Part shown: positions 25,801 to 37,987 of the stretch, piece by piece
Layout of the letters: each line of letters starts with the position of its first letter
Position numbering within the stretch: the stretch's first letter is position 1
Origin: Bugula neritina
Lineage: Eukaryota > Animalia > Bryozoa
Direction of reading: 5' to 3'
Length of the DNA: 64,000 nucleotides
NCBI GenBank assembly: GCA_964035545.1
Contig: OZ037767.1
Span: 25,808,628-25,872,627, forward strand
The notes under the pieces: model-generated
Seen by the model: the letters and a program-made list of their open reading frames with translations, nothing else
Databases searched by the model: none
Told to the model about the DNA's origin: nothing
Translations under genes and position numbers: made by a program

Positions 25801-28800
25801 TGTTGTAGTGGCTGGATGATGAGAATTTAGTGGAAAAGTTAGTCAATTTGGTTCATGTTGACCAGGCAGAGGAGGTAGGTATCTCACAGTGTATTATCTT
25901 CTTCGGTTACATGTAATACAAGTAAGCACACCACACACACGCACTCCTAGTCGGTCTGTATTTTTCTGCACTGAAATGTTACTCTCAGCACTTGATCCTA
26001 CAGTGTCCATATTCTACTTACGTGGTACAGTTGTGAGACTCCTGGCATATTGTAGGTTCATAGCAACGCCACCACGACACTCTGTGACATCGTGAGGTTT
26101 GGAAGAGAACAGCTCGGCTCTGAGGTTCCCCAGCCAGACCCCCTCCTTGAAAAAGTTGAATGGTATGTTTAGAGCTCTGCACTTTGATGGTCTTAGTTTG
26201 CCTTTTTTTTCCCCCTCTCTAATATATCTATGAAACCGTTGCTTGTTCGTTGATTTCATGAGTTGATACAGTCAATGGGGCATATCTGTGATTAACATGA
26301 ATAAAAATTGAGCTGCAATATTTTTGATCAACTCTAAAGTGAATCAACTTCGCTTGTTAGATTACTTTATCTGTTTTATATTTTAAATTGATGTTACTTT
26401 TAGAGTTTAGAGACTGCAATATAATAGGACATGTATTATGTGTTAGTTTTGTCCCATACATAGTACTAATACTTAGAGCAGTTACACAGCATACAGCCTG
26501 TCTGTTATATACAGTATATGTTTGTTACAGTGGCGCGGTGCTAAATACTTTACTTACAAATATGCTGGAGTCGTCTCCTCCCAAAGAATCTGTGATCACT
26601 AATGGCCTGTTGATCTTCCAGACGATTCTAGAATATAGGAGGCAAATGTAAGTCGTCTTTGTGCTTACCTGTAAAATTCTAGGTATATCCACTGTCTGTT
26701 GTTTCACTAATATTCCTTCGTAGTTATCTGCCCTCTGTTTTGAGTATGTCAATTGTAGCAATGTTCATTTTTCAACGCTTTGACTTTTTACATTGGGAGG
26801 TCTTGGTTTTTGTTTGTACCTTTGCAAATGCTATGTTGAATGCAGTTTACACAGTCTTTAGGGTCGTGTTATTCTTTATAAGTTGAATGGTGCACTTTTA
26901 TGTGATTGAATGAGGATAAATGTTGAATCAGAATGAAAATTTTTGGAAAGAATGGTTATGGATTGATCACTCCCTGCATGGCCTGGGCATGTGACAGTGT
27001 GAATGTCTTAGTGTTGTCTTCTCCTGCTCAACCACTGTGCATCCTGTTGATACGTCTCTCATGCTCGCCATGCCCATGCTGTGTCATTTATTTATTTCTA
27101 GATCTTCCTTTGATGACTGGCGTCCATTGTAAGTGTCTTTATATTTTACTCCAACTTTATATGTTACGCTGTCACGCTGCTTGAGTAGCATCACCATCGC
27201 CGAGTGACGTCATACTTCTTCCAAGTGCCAATAACTCCCATTAGTCGTGTTGAGTTGTGCCTCTTTTCTTACTCCGTGTGTCTAAAACTGAAGCTTAGAG
27301 TGCAACTTAAGTGTCTCATTGTAACATAGCCCGGTGTTCTATTCATAACTTTTTAGAACTTCCTTTTTATTGTCTCAAACACAACGCGAATTCACTTACC
27401 ATAACATGTATCCAGTTCGCTGTTTATAACAGAGCTTAGGTTTATTAGTTCTAGAGTCTTGAAGTTCATAGTTTATAACATGACTTTAATTTAGTATTTA
27501 AAACGCTACACTAGTTTGCCATGTTGAAGTGGTAGTCTGAAGATTGTACCTCATCTAAATAGTCTGAGTTACGTGCAAACAAGCCACAGCCTCTGCTTAT
27601 CTCACTTGAGTTTTCTAACTATCGCATATTCCACTGCTTAATGATCAGTTTGAAGTTATCTATTCACTGCGCCGCTGCAACTCCAGTCTTACCACATCTC
27701 TCTCTTCCCCTCTAGGGCTCCCCCCTCTCTCTTCACATATAACTAGTGCCAAGGTTGGTATAACTAATGTGTGCAGTTTTATCTGTTCCTTATTGTATTT
27801 AGTCTAGTAAGTTTAGCCGGAGAACTGTGTTGCAGGCCGGAGGGTTGTGCGGAACCCCTCCCCCAGTGTGAAGTAGAGAGAATGGATAAGGCTATCAAAT
27901 GTGTACTGGCTGCCGTCAAGCCTATGATTGGTCGGTTGGCTAATCTACTCACCGACCCTCCTCAGGTTTGTCCATCTCTACTATATCTATGTTAGTGGTT
28001 GTCCTCACGTATCCATGCAAATTTAGGCTATATAGTAGTATGTCTAAGGGTGGTTATGTCACTATCTCTTTAATATGAAAGTTGAATTTGGTTAGCCAAA
28101 TAACTCTGCATCTGATTATGTGGTGTTATTGTAAAGCAATTCAACAATATATATAACCTTTTCTTTCTAAACATAGTAACGTTACGCATAGTGGAGTTTA
28201 TATTTATTTATGTTCAACAGAATTTACTGTTTTGCTTTCTGGTTATCTCTATTGATCATGAAGTATATGTCATTCAATATGATTATAGTTGTGACAAGCC
28301 TAGAGTGCTATTGTATGCTCGTTACATTACAGCAAGTACACTCACGGATGTTGACTACGGTGGGGTTGCTGGATCCGCCCCTGGGTAACACAAGATTACA
28401 AGTTTCCAAGTTATTTGCCACACTCTTTGCAGTCGATGATTCTGACCTCCATCTTTGCCTCATTGAGAACAACGTAGTCAACAAGCTATTGGTAACTCCA
28501 TAATATTGTTATATTGATCTATTAATGTAGTGATATATTGATGTATTGATGTATTGATATATTGATAGATGTATCAAGTACGATACATTTTACTGAATGG
28601 AAATAATTCTCTTGCACAGTGAAATGACACGAAGTTTTTCCATCAAATTGAAATGCAGTCGCAAACACGTTTTGTTGAAAATCGCTTTCCATTTATTGTG
28701 TGAAATATTCAGAAACCATGAAAAATGTCTTACATGTCATATCCTACTGGATGATGTCATGTCCTACTTGATGATGTCATGTCCTACTTGATGATGTCAT

Positions 28801-31800
28801 ATCCTACTGTGTTCTCTCTCAGGATCTGTTCTTCTCATTCATCTGGAACAACTTCCTCCACACGCAGATAGAAATATGCATCAGCAATATTCTCACCAAG
28901 AAGGACACAGGCGGCACGGAAAGCCCTAGAGCCCTGCAGGCAGAGCAAACTGAGAACCTAACTCCTACCATGTTGACTCAAGAGGAGGACACGCCACTCG
29001 TCACACACGTAAGCATTCTCACTGGACTCCTAGTAGATGTCGCCAACTTTTTAGGTTTTCATCCTTGCGGGTTTTTAAGTAAAATGTTTTTGTTTGGTTT
29101 GAAAGAGGAGCACAATTTTTATCAACTAGACTCGTGTGTTTGTAGCTGTTGAAAGACTGCAGAGTTATCTCTCGGTTTGTGACGGCGTGGGAGGAGAACG
29201 ACGAAGCTGTGCAGGCTGGTTCTAGGAGGAAGGGCTACATGGGTCATGTGACCAAGATATGTAACGTTATAGTTGGAGCAACGGAGAAAGGGCCGTATGC
29301 TCCCCTCCTCAGCAGTCTTCTTGAAGGTATGGGAATTGATTCCTCAAAACATAGTGGAAGTAGTCATTTTCACGGACAATGTGCTTGCTGTTACTAGCAA
29401 CTTAAAATGGGGAAACATTTGTACTAAAACAACAAATGGTTGCTTTGCTAAATCAGTTATGAATATTTAGGAACAATTGAATTACTTGTGTTTATGAAAA
29501 GAAATTTCGATAAGACTAAAATAATTGATATCAATCATATGTGCTACTTGGTTTTCAATACAGATTTTAAGTATTATTAAGTAATGATGTTCAAAATCTG
29601 AATTGAAAACCTAGTAACCCATATGATGGTTATTATTTCTTTGTACTGTTAATATTAGTAACTGCCATTTCCAGATGTTGGTAGCTTTAGTTTATCTTAC
29701 TTATGGGAATTCCCATCTGAATCAGTAAGCTTAAGATTTCCAGCTGCAACACCGGGCTCATAGTACAACTCACAATAGTTACAATACTTTCACCCTGTCC
29801 AGAGATATTCAGCATCAGCCTACATTAGCTATTGCAGCTTCAGGTGATAGTAGGGGACTGCTTTGTATACTGATTTGTATCAAGCTAAGAGTGGTATTAT
29901 GTCTACACATAAGTAGGGCATGTGTAGACTTGTGGATAACGATGCCAGCATATTGACTGTGACTAACGGCAATATGATTACTTATATAATAGTTCACAAG
30001 AATCTTGGTGCCGTATGTAATGTTCAGATAGTGGCACTGAACCACATTATGGCATTTCTCTAAGCCGTCTAGAAAGTAATGTGGTTAGTCTAAGAGATTC
30101 CAGTACTTATTTTATTGTTTGTCCTCCCCCCTTCCAGATTTACCCGACAACATGGGTGAGAAGTGGGAGAATTTGGTGACAACTAAGTTAGCCGAAACAA
30201 ACAAAAGAAACACATCTGACCTTGTTGGAGGTCATCCGCTCAACTCAAGCAGCGGCAGCGACTCTGATTCAGACTTTAATAATATTCCTTTCCCGCAGGA
30301 CGACTCCATGCAGCAGCAGGTTGGTTTTTGGAGCATTAGAACAATATGTCTGTGAATCTGTATGTTATATGTGTAGTGAGTAATGTTATATAGTATGTTA
30401 TATTATATATTTATTGTTATTACGTGTTATTATTTTGTATATATGTTATATATTGAGTAGGTGTTATATATACAATTTCTTACAAGAGACGCATCATTTC
30501 ATTGTTTGACACAGATAGATAAATGTATTAAAGTAACACAAGTATCAAATCTAGATGTAATACTTTATTGTGTTTCAACAATTATTATTACTTATACTTT
30601 GTATGTTTAGCTAATGGCCTACAATATGTGTGCATATCTAATATATGTGTTGGTGGTTGATAATTTCATCCCATGTAAGTTAGTATAAACATGCACATAC
30701 TCTGTGGAGTAAGTACTTTAACATGCAGTGTAGGAAAGTACGTTAACGTGGAAGTAAGTGTAATGTAAGACATCTATCTGCCTGCTCTCCAGGCATTCTC
30801 CGATTATCAGATGCAACAACTGACAAGTAATTTTATTGACCAGTTTGGCTTGAGTGAAGAGGATTTTGGAGCCAACAGCTTACGCATAGAGTAAGTACAC
30901 TGCGTTACACTTGGTACACTTCTAGTAGATATGTAATGCTCACCAAACACCCTGTTGGCTCACTACTCTGCACACATTCTAATCTAACCCCCCCCCCTTC
31001 GTGTTAGGCTTCTTCCCTAAGTCTACCGTGTAGTACGGTGACTACTGAATATACCTACGGCTATGGAATGCAATGTACTGCCACTGTCCGAGAACATGCA
31101 CAGCACACGAGTCTGTAGTCTTGTGAGAAAGATGCATGGAGTTCCATGATTAGATTGTGACTTAGTTTCTTTGTGTAGCCCATGTTTTAGTCATAGTCTA
31201 ACATTGTGCTGGTCTGTAACTAAATGGCCTTGTAGCGTTAGACTTGAAAACAACTTAATAGACAGAATAGCTGGTCAACAGTTACTAACCTGTTACTAAC
31301 ACCAAGTAGCTTTGTGTTATGTCCTATCAGTAAAGGTCTGTGCAGTTACTGTAAATTGAAGCGTTGAGTGAAGGGTTGTCTTCTCTGAACATATTTTCTA
31401 TCTGCATTGTTCCGAGTTGCATTTAGAATTCAGAAATCCTGTGTACCATTGTAATGTCTGCGTATTACTACTTCTTGCTATGATATGTTGCAGCTCTAAC
31501 AGCAGCTATGTCTTAATAGTTTATCAGTTGCCACTAATTGACAAGTGAAATATCAATAATGTATGCGTTTACAAGTTTTCCTCTATTTTCTGGCTCTTCA
31601 ATAAGCACCCAGCAAGTTTTCTGGGTTTTATAACTTGATATTTAGCAGCTTTTATAGTTCTGCTACAAGACATGTGACCTTTCCTACATATGTCACCTTC
31701 ACAGGTCACGTACTAGTTTTAGGAGTTATCTATACATGTTATTACCTGCATGGAATACTGCCTCGTAATTATATCACCAAAGTTTTGTTTCATGAAATGA

Positions 31801-34272
31801 TTTAATATTTTAGGTCTCCGTATACTCAGAAGATAGATTCACTAGACTGGAATATTAATGCCTCTGAAGTAAGTAATGTTCATGACTTACGCTTAGATAC
31901 TTACATTGCTGGTGTTTGTCTCTCGGACGTGTTTGCCTGTTTGCCTTGGAGTTGTCCACTTTGTATACGATGGTTGTGTTGGTGCGGTTGTAGAAAGAGC
32001 CCAAAGAGTATGACGAAGTCTGCAACATGGATGGTGGTGATTCAGGAGGTGAAGATGAGGACATGTGGAAAGACAAGGAAATTACCTTCAACACAAGCGA
32101 GTGAGTTCTGTATGAGAAGTTAGTAGTATTCTCTCGCAGCTTGTCCTGACTTGTGTCAGCTTCTTCTCTGTCAAGCTGTGTAGAGAGGAATATTTGTAGA
32201 TTACTATCAGTTCTACTTAGAGAAGTTTTGCCTCAATTGTGATCTCTACATGTGATCAGTTGATAAATTAGACATTACTCAGTATTGATTTCAATATGCA
32301 TAGTTTATTGCGTCTTTGATAGAACTGTTTCAAACTAAACATTATTTATATTTAATTTTATTTATTGTAATGTTTAAATCTATTCTTGGCTGCTTACAAA
32401 GGAAATATATGCATGATTGAGCTACTCTGTATGATGCAGATATACTGTAGCCTACAATGCAATGTCACTACTATCGAAATCTGCCTTAAGGTGCTGCCAA
32501 ATGGAGCAGATTTACGTAACTATAATCGTGCAATCCATATTCAACTGCCAGAATAACTTGCAAGAACTATTTCAAAAGCCAGAATTATAGTCAACTGGTA
32601 CAAGCAGTGTTGGTTAGAGTTATATTCTCTCTGTGTGTGCAGGTCGAGCCGAAGTCAAAGTACGAGTAACACCAACGCCTTGTGCGACTCGGCCGACTCA
32701 GGAAGTGATAGTAGCGACGAAGAGCTGACTTCCTCTCCAGCTATTATAAAGAGTAGAGTGGACAACGCCATGGACATAGATGCATCTTCTGGTAAGGCTG
32801 CTGCTTATTGAATACAATTCTGTTGGCTATTCTTCCAGCTAAGATGTTACAAAATACGACATTGGCTCATTGTTCAGATTTTTTATTGATATTGAAAAGA
32901 CAATTTCTTTCCAAATAGTTGTCTTCTGATATTATGCAGTTATTTAAAATAGTTTCTATTGGATGAAGCAATAAGCTTTGGTACCTCCTCTTTAGTGTCA
33001 TATCTTCTTCTTCTTACTACTTGTGATTAATATACTCGTCCTGTGGTAGTACATACACTTCAGTTAGTAACCACTCCATTTACTTGTAGACATAAGTGCC
33101 GTAGCGCCAATAGCAATGGACACCTCTCCGTGGGATACGGACACCACTGTTAGCGGAAAGGGAGATGACGAGTGGTCACCGTTTGAGGGTGCTGACAATT
33201 CAAATGGAAATGACTGCGGCAGCGACGACTGGGCTGACTTCAGTAATTTGGACAATTCGCCGGCATCTGACGGCGGCCCTAGAGTCAGCTCACCAGACGC
33301 CCTCGTCGATGGGGAAACCTTCACCTCTGACCCTAGCAAACAGACACCTGCTCCTAGTAGTCAATCTAATAGTGACAATTTAGTTAGTGATAGTTCTCAA
33401 CAGCTAGCACCCGTAGTTAGTATAGCACCTAATTCAAGCGCCACTGATGGCACATTATCTATAGACGTGTCCAAACAGTCCACTGAGTGTGCAGCAAAGT
33501 CTAGTGATGTAATTGCAAAATCTAGTGATGTCATTACGGATTCTAGTGATGTCATTACGAATTCTAGTGATGTCATAGCGGAATCTAGTGATGCCATTGC
33601 CGAATCTAGTGATGTAATGGAAGTGGTAAGTTGCTTGTTGACTGTAATAACAGTATTAGTAGCATTTGTCATTGTTTGTCATTAGTAAAGATTGCATTGT
33701 GTATATGCTGTATGTTAGAGGTCATAGTAGAGATTACGATGTGTATATGCTATATGTTAGAGGTCATGGCGGAAATACATTGTGTATATGCTATAAATGT
33801 GCTCTGCTATATTATGCAGGATGAACATAAAGTAACTGCACCGAATGCAGCCATCAGCACAGATACCTCAAATCAGCCAACTATTGAAGATAATACCAAA
33901 CCCGTAACAAAGTGAGTATGATGGAAGGGTTTCCACTGTCACTTGTATACCGTCACTGCTGTTTATTACTTGTTATTAATCCTTTGTGGCCAGTGCTTTT
34001 TATATTTGCTGGTATTTTAGAGAATTAGACTCTACAGATGTGACAGAGAGCGGAAATGGGGACAATTCTAAGAGTGTTAAGTAAGTTATGTACTGCTATA
34101 GTAAGTAGATGTTATGAGGTAGGAGTTGGGAATGCGAGTATTTGTGGCATGCATCTGTATTTCAAGGAATGTTTTGTGATATTTCAGAGTGGATGTCAAT
34201 GGACCAACTGCATGTGAACAAGCCTTAGAACCTTCTTCAGAAAAGGCCAGTGAAGAGCACAACCCTGTCTAG
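22847..34272 (+). CDS. PPP6R3: Serine/threonine-protein phosphatase 6 regulatory subunit (SAPS domain), about 20 exons
   Basis: [19 protein letters not shown]|[27 protein letters not shown]; [13 protein letters not shown]; [16 protein letters not shown]; [11 protein letters not shown]; PPLGNTRL; WNNFLHTQ; RKGYMGHV; [19 protein letters not shown]; acidic Ser-rich tail ending NPV* at 34272. The specific PPP6R1/2/3 orthology is nominal. Confidence 0.93.
23247..23642. repeat. 21-bp minisatellite (~19 copies) in a PPP6R intron
   Basis: Unit atactatatatgtgtg(catgt/agtct), with a gradient of variant units. Confidence 0.95.
27102..27128 (+). CDS. Candidate 27-nt alternative microexon of PPP6R (I)SSFDDWRP(L)
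   Basis: tttatttctag|ATCTTCCTTTGATGACTGGCGTCCATT|gtaagt; frame-preserving and stop-free in the phase-2 intron between the exons ending 26647 and starting 27836. Confidence 0.55.
28733..28808. repeat. 20-bp tandem repeat (~3.5 copies) just upstream of an acceptor
   Basis: (a/g)tcctact(g/t)gatgatgtcat repeated. Confidence 0.85.
33500..33617 (+). repeat. Coding 21-bp repeat (SSDVIxx x6) in the PPP6R C-terminus
   Basis: tctagtgatg recurs every 21 nt and translates [40 protein letters not shown]. Confidence 0.9.
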
Positions 34273-35777
34273 TAACAGCTAATTGCATACAACACTCAGT
34301 CTAAGGGTGATTGTTCTCCATTCCAATCAGAAGGTTTCACCGTGCATCCATCATACATAGAGACTCCTAGAACAACATGGGACAACTCCTTATCTTTAAT
34401 ATACTAGGATGACGTTGTCTAATGAATATTTCTTCTAGACTATTTTCTACTTGTTCAGATGGCCTGGTGTCATGCTTTGATATTATTGCCTTTGTACCTT
34501 CCGTAACTACTGCGTTACTATATTTTCAGTATAAAGTTAAAAAAGCACACCGCAACTAAAATGCCTGCAGTTGTAAATTGCATGTCGTAAAAGCATTGTA
34601 TAAATAATATTTTACTATGATATGTTATGCAATCCAATCATGTAAGGTGTGTGTTTTGGTTTAGGAAATTTTTTAACTGTCACGATTTATGTATAGTGTT
34701 TAAATGGACTCATTGTTTTGGTGCGATAACCCACTATAGGCTGATCGACTGTTAGCTCTCAGATATGTTTTTAATAATACAGTAATAAGGTTTTTATAAT
34801 GACACTATGTTATTGTATACATATATCATATGTTTCCAAATGACATCTGTTGAACCACTTACATGCTTTCCCTTGTGCGGATAAAGCTGAGGGACATAAA
34901 CGCAACTTGTTCACGTATCGATATTTATTTATTTATTTTCTTAATTCATTTTATCGTCAATATGAACAAGCTGGTGGATAATATATATTTGCAGAATGTT
35001 GCCAAAGCTTAGTAATGTTATTTCTTGTCTTTATAAAATAGTTTTAATTTAATTTAAATAGAAAAATTATTTGCTAGTATTTCAACACAGCAGTTTTTAC
35101 TCTATTTACATAACAATTCCGGTTTTCTTAAGTTGAGGAAGTGTGTGAATAAATACAAATTTGTAAAACCACTGTCAGCAAGTTAATAACAATACAATAA
35201 TTCTTATTATACTGCATGTATTGACACAGACTACATATGCTATACAACGTGTATATTTTTGCATTAGGCCTCTACTACATGTATTAACTTCACCTGGTAG
35301 GTCACATAGATATGGGCTGCTGAACCCATGGTGCTCGAAACACAAATAAGAAAACATATTTTTGCAAACCTCATTCCTTTTAAACTGTAAAAGTTATAAT
35401 ATCTTAAATAGAACGAATATATATATATTATAAAATTGTAAACTTTGAAAAATATATAAGCAAGAAATTTTAAGAAAAAGCATCACACACATATTATAAA
35501 CATTAATTAAACCAGCAAAATTATTACATATAATTGTATAACCGGAAATTAAAAAGCAAGCATTTTTACCACTTGGTACTCAGTGAAATCCATCCTTAAA
35601 CTTTTTTTATAAACCAAACTATTCAAAACAAAATAAACAATAAACATCAACATGATGTTGTTGAAATATTAAAAGTTATCTAGAAGGCACACACAAGATC
35701 TAAAGCTACTAATAAATATTTTAAATATAAAATGTTTACAAACTTTATAATTCTAGGAAGGAAATCTTTCAATGCTT

Positions 35778-37302
35778 TCATAGCTGCTGCCAGTAACACA
35801 GAAGCTGAGGGGGTACAACTCTAGGGGATGATATGATGTCCTCTGCATAAAGCTCACAGGCAAAAGTTTCCTCATCGAAACTAAACCCAGCACAACCAGG
35901 AGATCTCTTAGCACACATCCACAGGCAGGTCATTAGATCATTCACCCGGCCAATCCTCTTGCTTACTCTTTTCTCTCCACAAAGACTTATACTTGCTGCT
36001 TGTGCATAGCTAACCAGAGTCAAACTGTGGTGTAGAGGCACGATGCCGCTGGCATTCACGGCAGCAGATGCATTGTCAGCGTTCCCATCAACTTGATGAC
36101 CTGTACTCGTTATAGTATCATTGGTGTTAACAAAAGAAATTACACCATCTAAGTTCGGTGGGCCTATGCTGCTACCGCTGCTAAATGTATTTACGCTGCC
36201 CCATGTAGACCCATCATACTCTTTCAGAATAAATATGGCGTGATCTTCTCTGTTTACAACCAACAGACTTTCTTGAGAGATCTCGTTTATAATAGAAAAC
36301 CCATTTTGATAGATTTGTCCATTAGAGTCAAGGACGGGAATTTTGGTGTGCAGATTCTTAAAAATATCAAATTTGAGATAAAAGTAATCAAGGCCCATCC
36401 ATGTAATGTTGTTTAGCAATGTTGCCTTTGATGATCCATCTATAGACAAGGGTGGCCAAGACGTATACAGTCTAAATTGGGAATGTAATATGTTGTGGGC
36501 TCATAATCTATGGCTTTCACTTCACACTCCTCACTACCAATGTCTATAAGTGCTTTTATCACACCCGGCCTTCTTGAATTGAAATAATATGGGTTATAGA
36601 ACTCCATTGCAATCAAGTAAACTCCATCATTATTTTCTTTGGTGCAATATTTTCTGATAAAACTAGCAGATGTCCCCGCAAGGCTAGATTGGTAGTTCAC
36701 ACAAGCATCTGAAATTACGATTTCCTTAAATTTGTTGCTACTCAAGTCTAGAACACCAATGCTACTTGTATCATAATCTAATATGATAAGTTTGTGGTGC
36801 TCTTGGTGATCAGCTACAATTATCTTTGCATATTTGATTTGGACAATATTTGTAAAGGAATGAGGAATACTGTTGCTGGTTTTACAGTGAGCTAACGGGG
36901 AGTTGTCATCTTTACCTATTAGAACCTTGCAGTTCCCATTCTCACTCACAACTAGTACAGCTGTACTGGTTGATAGTATGAACTCAGATGGTAGGAGAGG
37001 GTGCTTAATTACTGAAGTTGGATGGTACTCAGCCGGGTAAGATAGCTTGGAGTCAATTTGCAGCTGCGTCAAACTTGCACCTACAATTGATATATTATTG
37101 ATACATTATTGAAATATCACACAACCGTTTATAATAAGCACTAAACTCTAAAGTATTTTGAATAGAATATCATAACTGCCTAAATTATAACCCAAATTAC
37201 TGAAACTATGTTTAATTTTTAAATTTTTTTGTAAAAAACATACTTACATTCTGTTGAAAGATATGCAGTAATGATGAGTACGTGCATTATCACAAACATC
37301 AT
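35778..37302 (-). CDS. Secreted protein with beta-strand-rich (NHL/propeller-like) region and C-terminal PAN/Apple-like domain; frame break near 36440-36535
   Basis: Signal-peptide exon 37302-37248 (MMFVIMHVLIITAYLSTE) splices in phase to 37080. C-terminal CLWMCAKRSPGCAGFSFDEETFACELY fits the PAN CxxxC...C..F.F....C.L pattern. The two overlapping ORFs need an intron or a frameshift to join. Confidence 0.65.
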
Positions 37303-37987
37303 TTCTGCGTTGGAGCTGTAAAATTGATGCACCATAGAAATGTTAGAATGTTTATTCAATTGATTTAAGGATTTAAATTTGAGAGACTTCCTTTTAATAC
37401 CACCAGCTCTACAAGCAGTTTACTGAGACTCATTCTATATGCCTTGTGATGTCACTACCACAGCTTCCTCTGAAATCTTTTTGACTAAATATTATTTTTT
37501 TCAACTTTTATATGAATGCTTTGATGTTATATAAATAGTATGGTTGTGTTTACTCAGCAGCAAATCCAGTACAAATGGATTACTTTTTAAAGTTGACACA
37601 ACACACACACCATAATATTATGTCCATAGAATGGTACAGGAATAAACCAGATAAGGGAAAAGATTATGATTATTTTTCGTCAATATTTACTTTATTGAAA
37701 GTAAAATTGGAACACAGCCAACAACTTCATTATAGCAGTGAATACAAAGCTATACATATATAATAACAATTCCTACATTTGTGATTGAGAATGCATTATG
37801 GTGTAGTAATTACTGGCAGTAGATAAAATTTATTTTGACTTGACAAAAAAAATAAGCAAATACTAGCTACAAAGCCTTAGAGAAATAGAAACTGAAATAA
37901 ATAGCAAGTGTTTTGAGAAATTCAGGTGAGAGTAAGAGCTCATGAATGCAGCACCCGTTGGTTGATATGGAGATCTAAGAACTGCAA

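Noticed and set aside
29672-29755. Imperfect palindrome centred on ATGGGAATTCCCAT
   Set aside because: Arms are too degenerate and I could not define TIRs or a TSD; probably an old MITE remnant.
36440-36503. Programmed -1 ribosomal frameshift in the PAN gene
   Set aside because: No X XXY YYZ slippery heptamer is visible in the overlap; an intron or indel is simpler.
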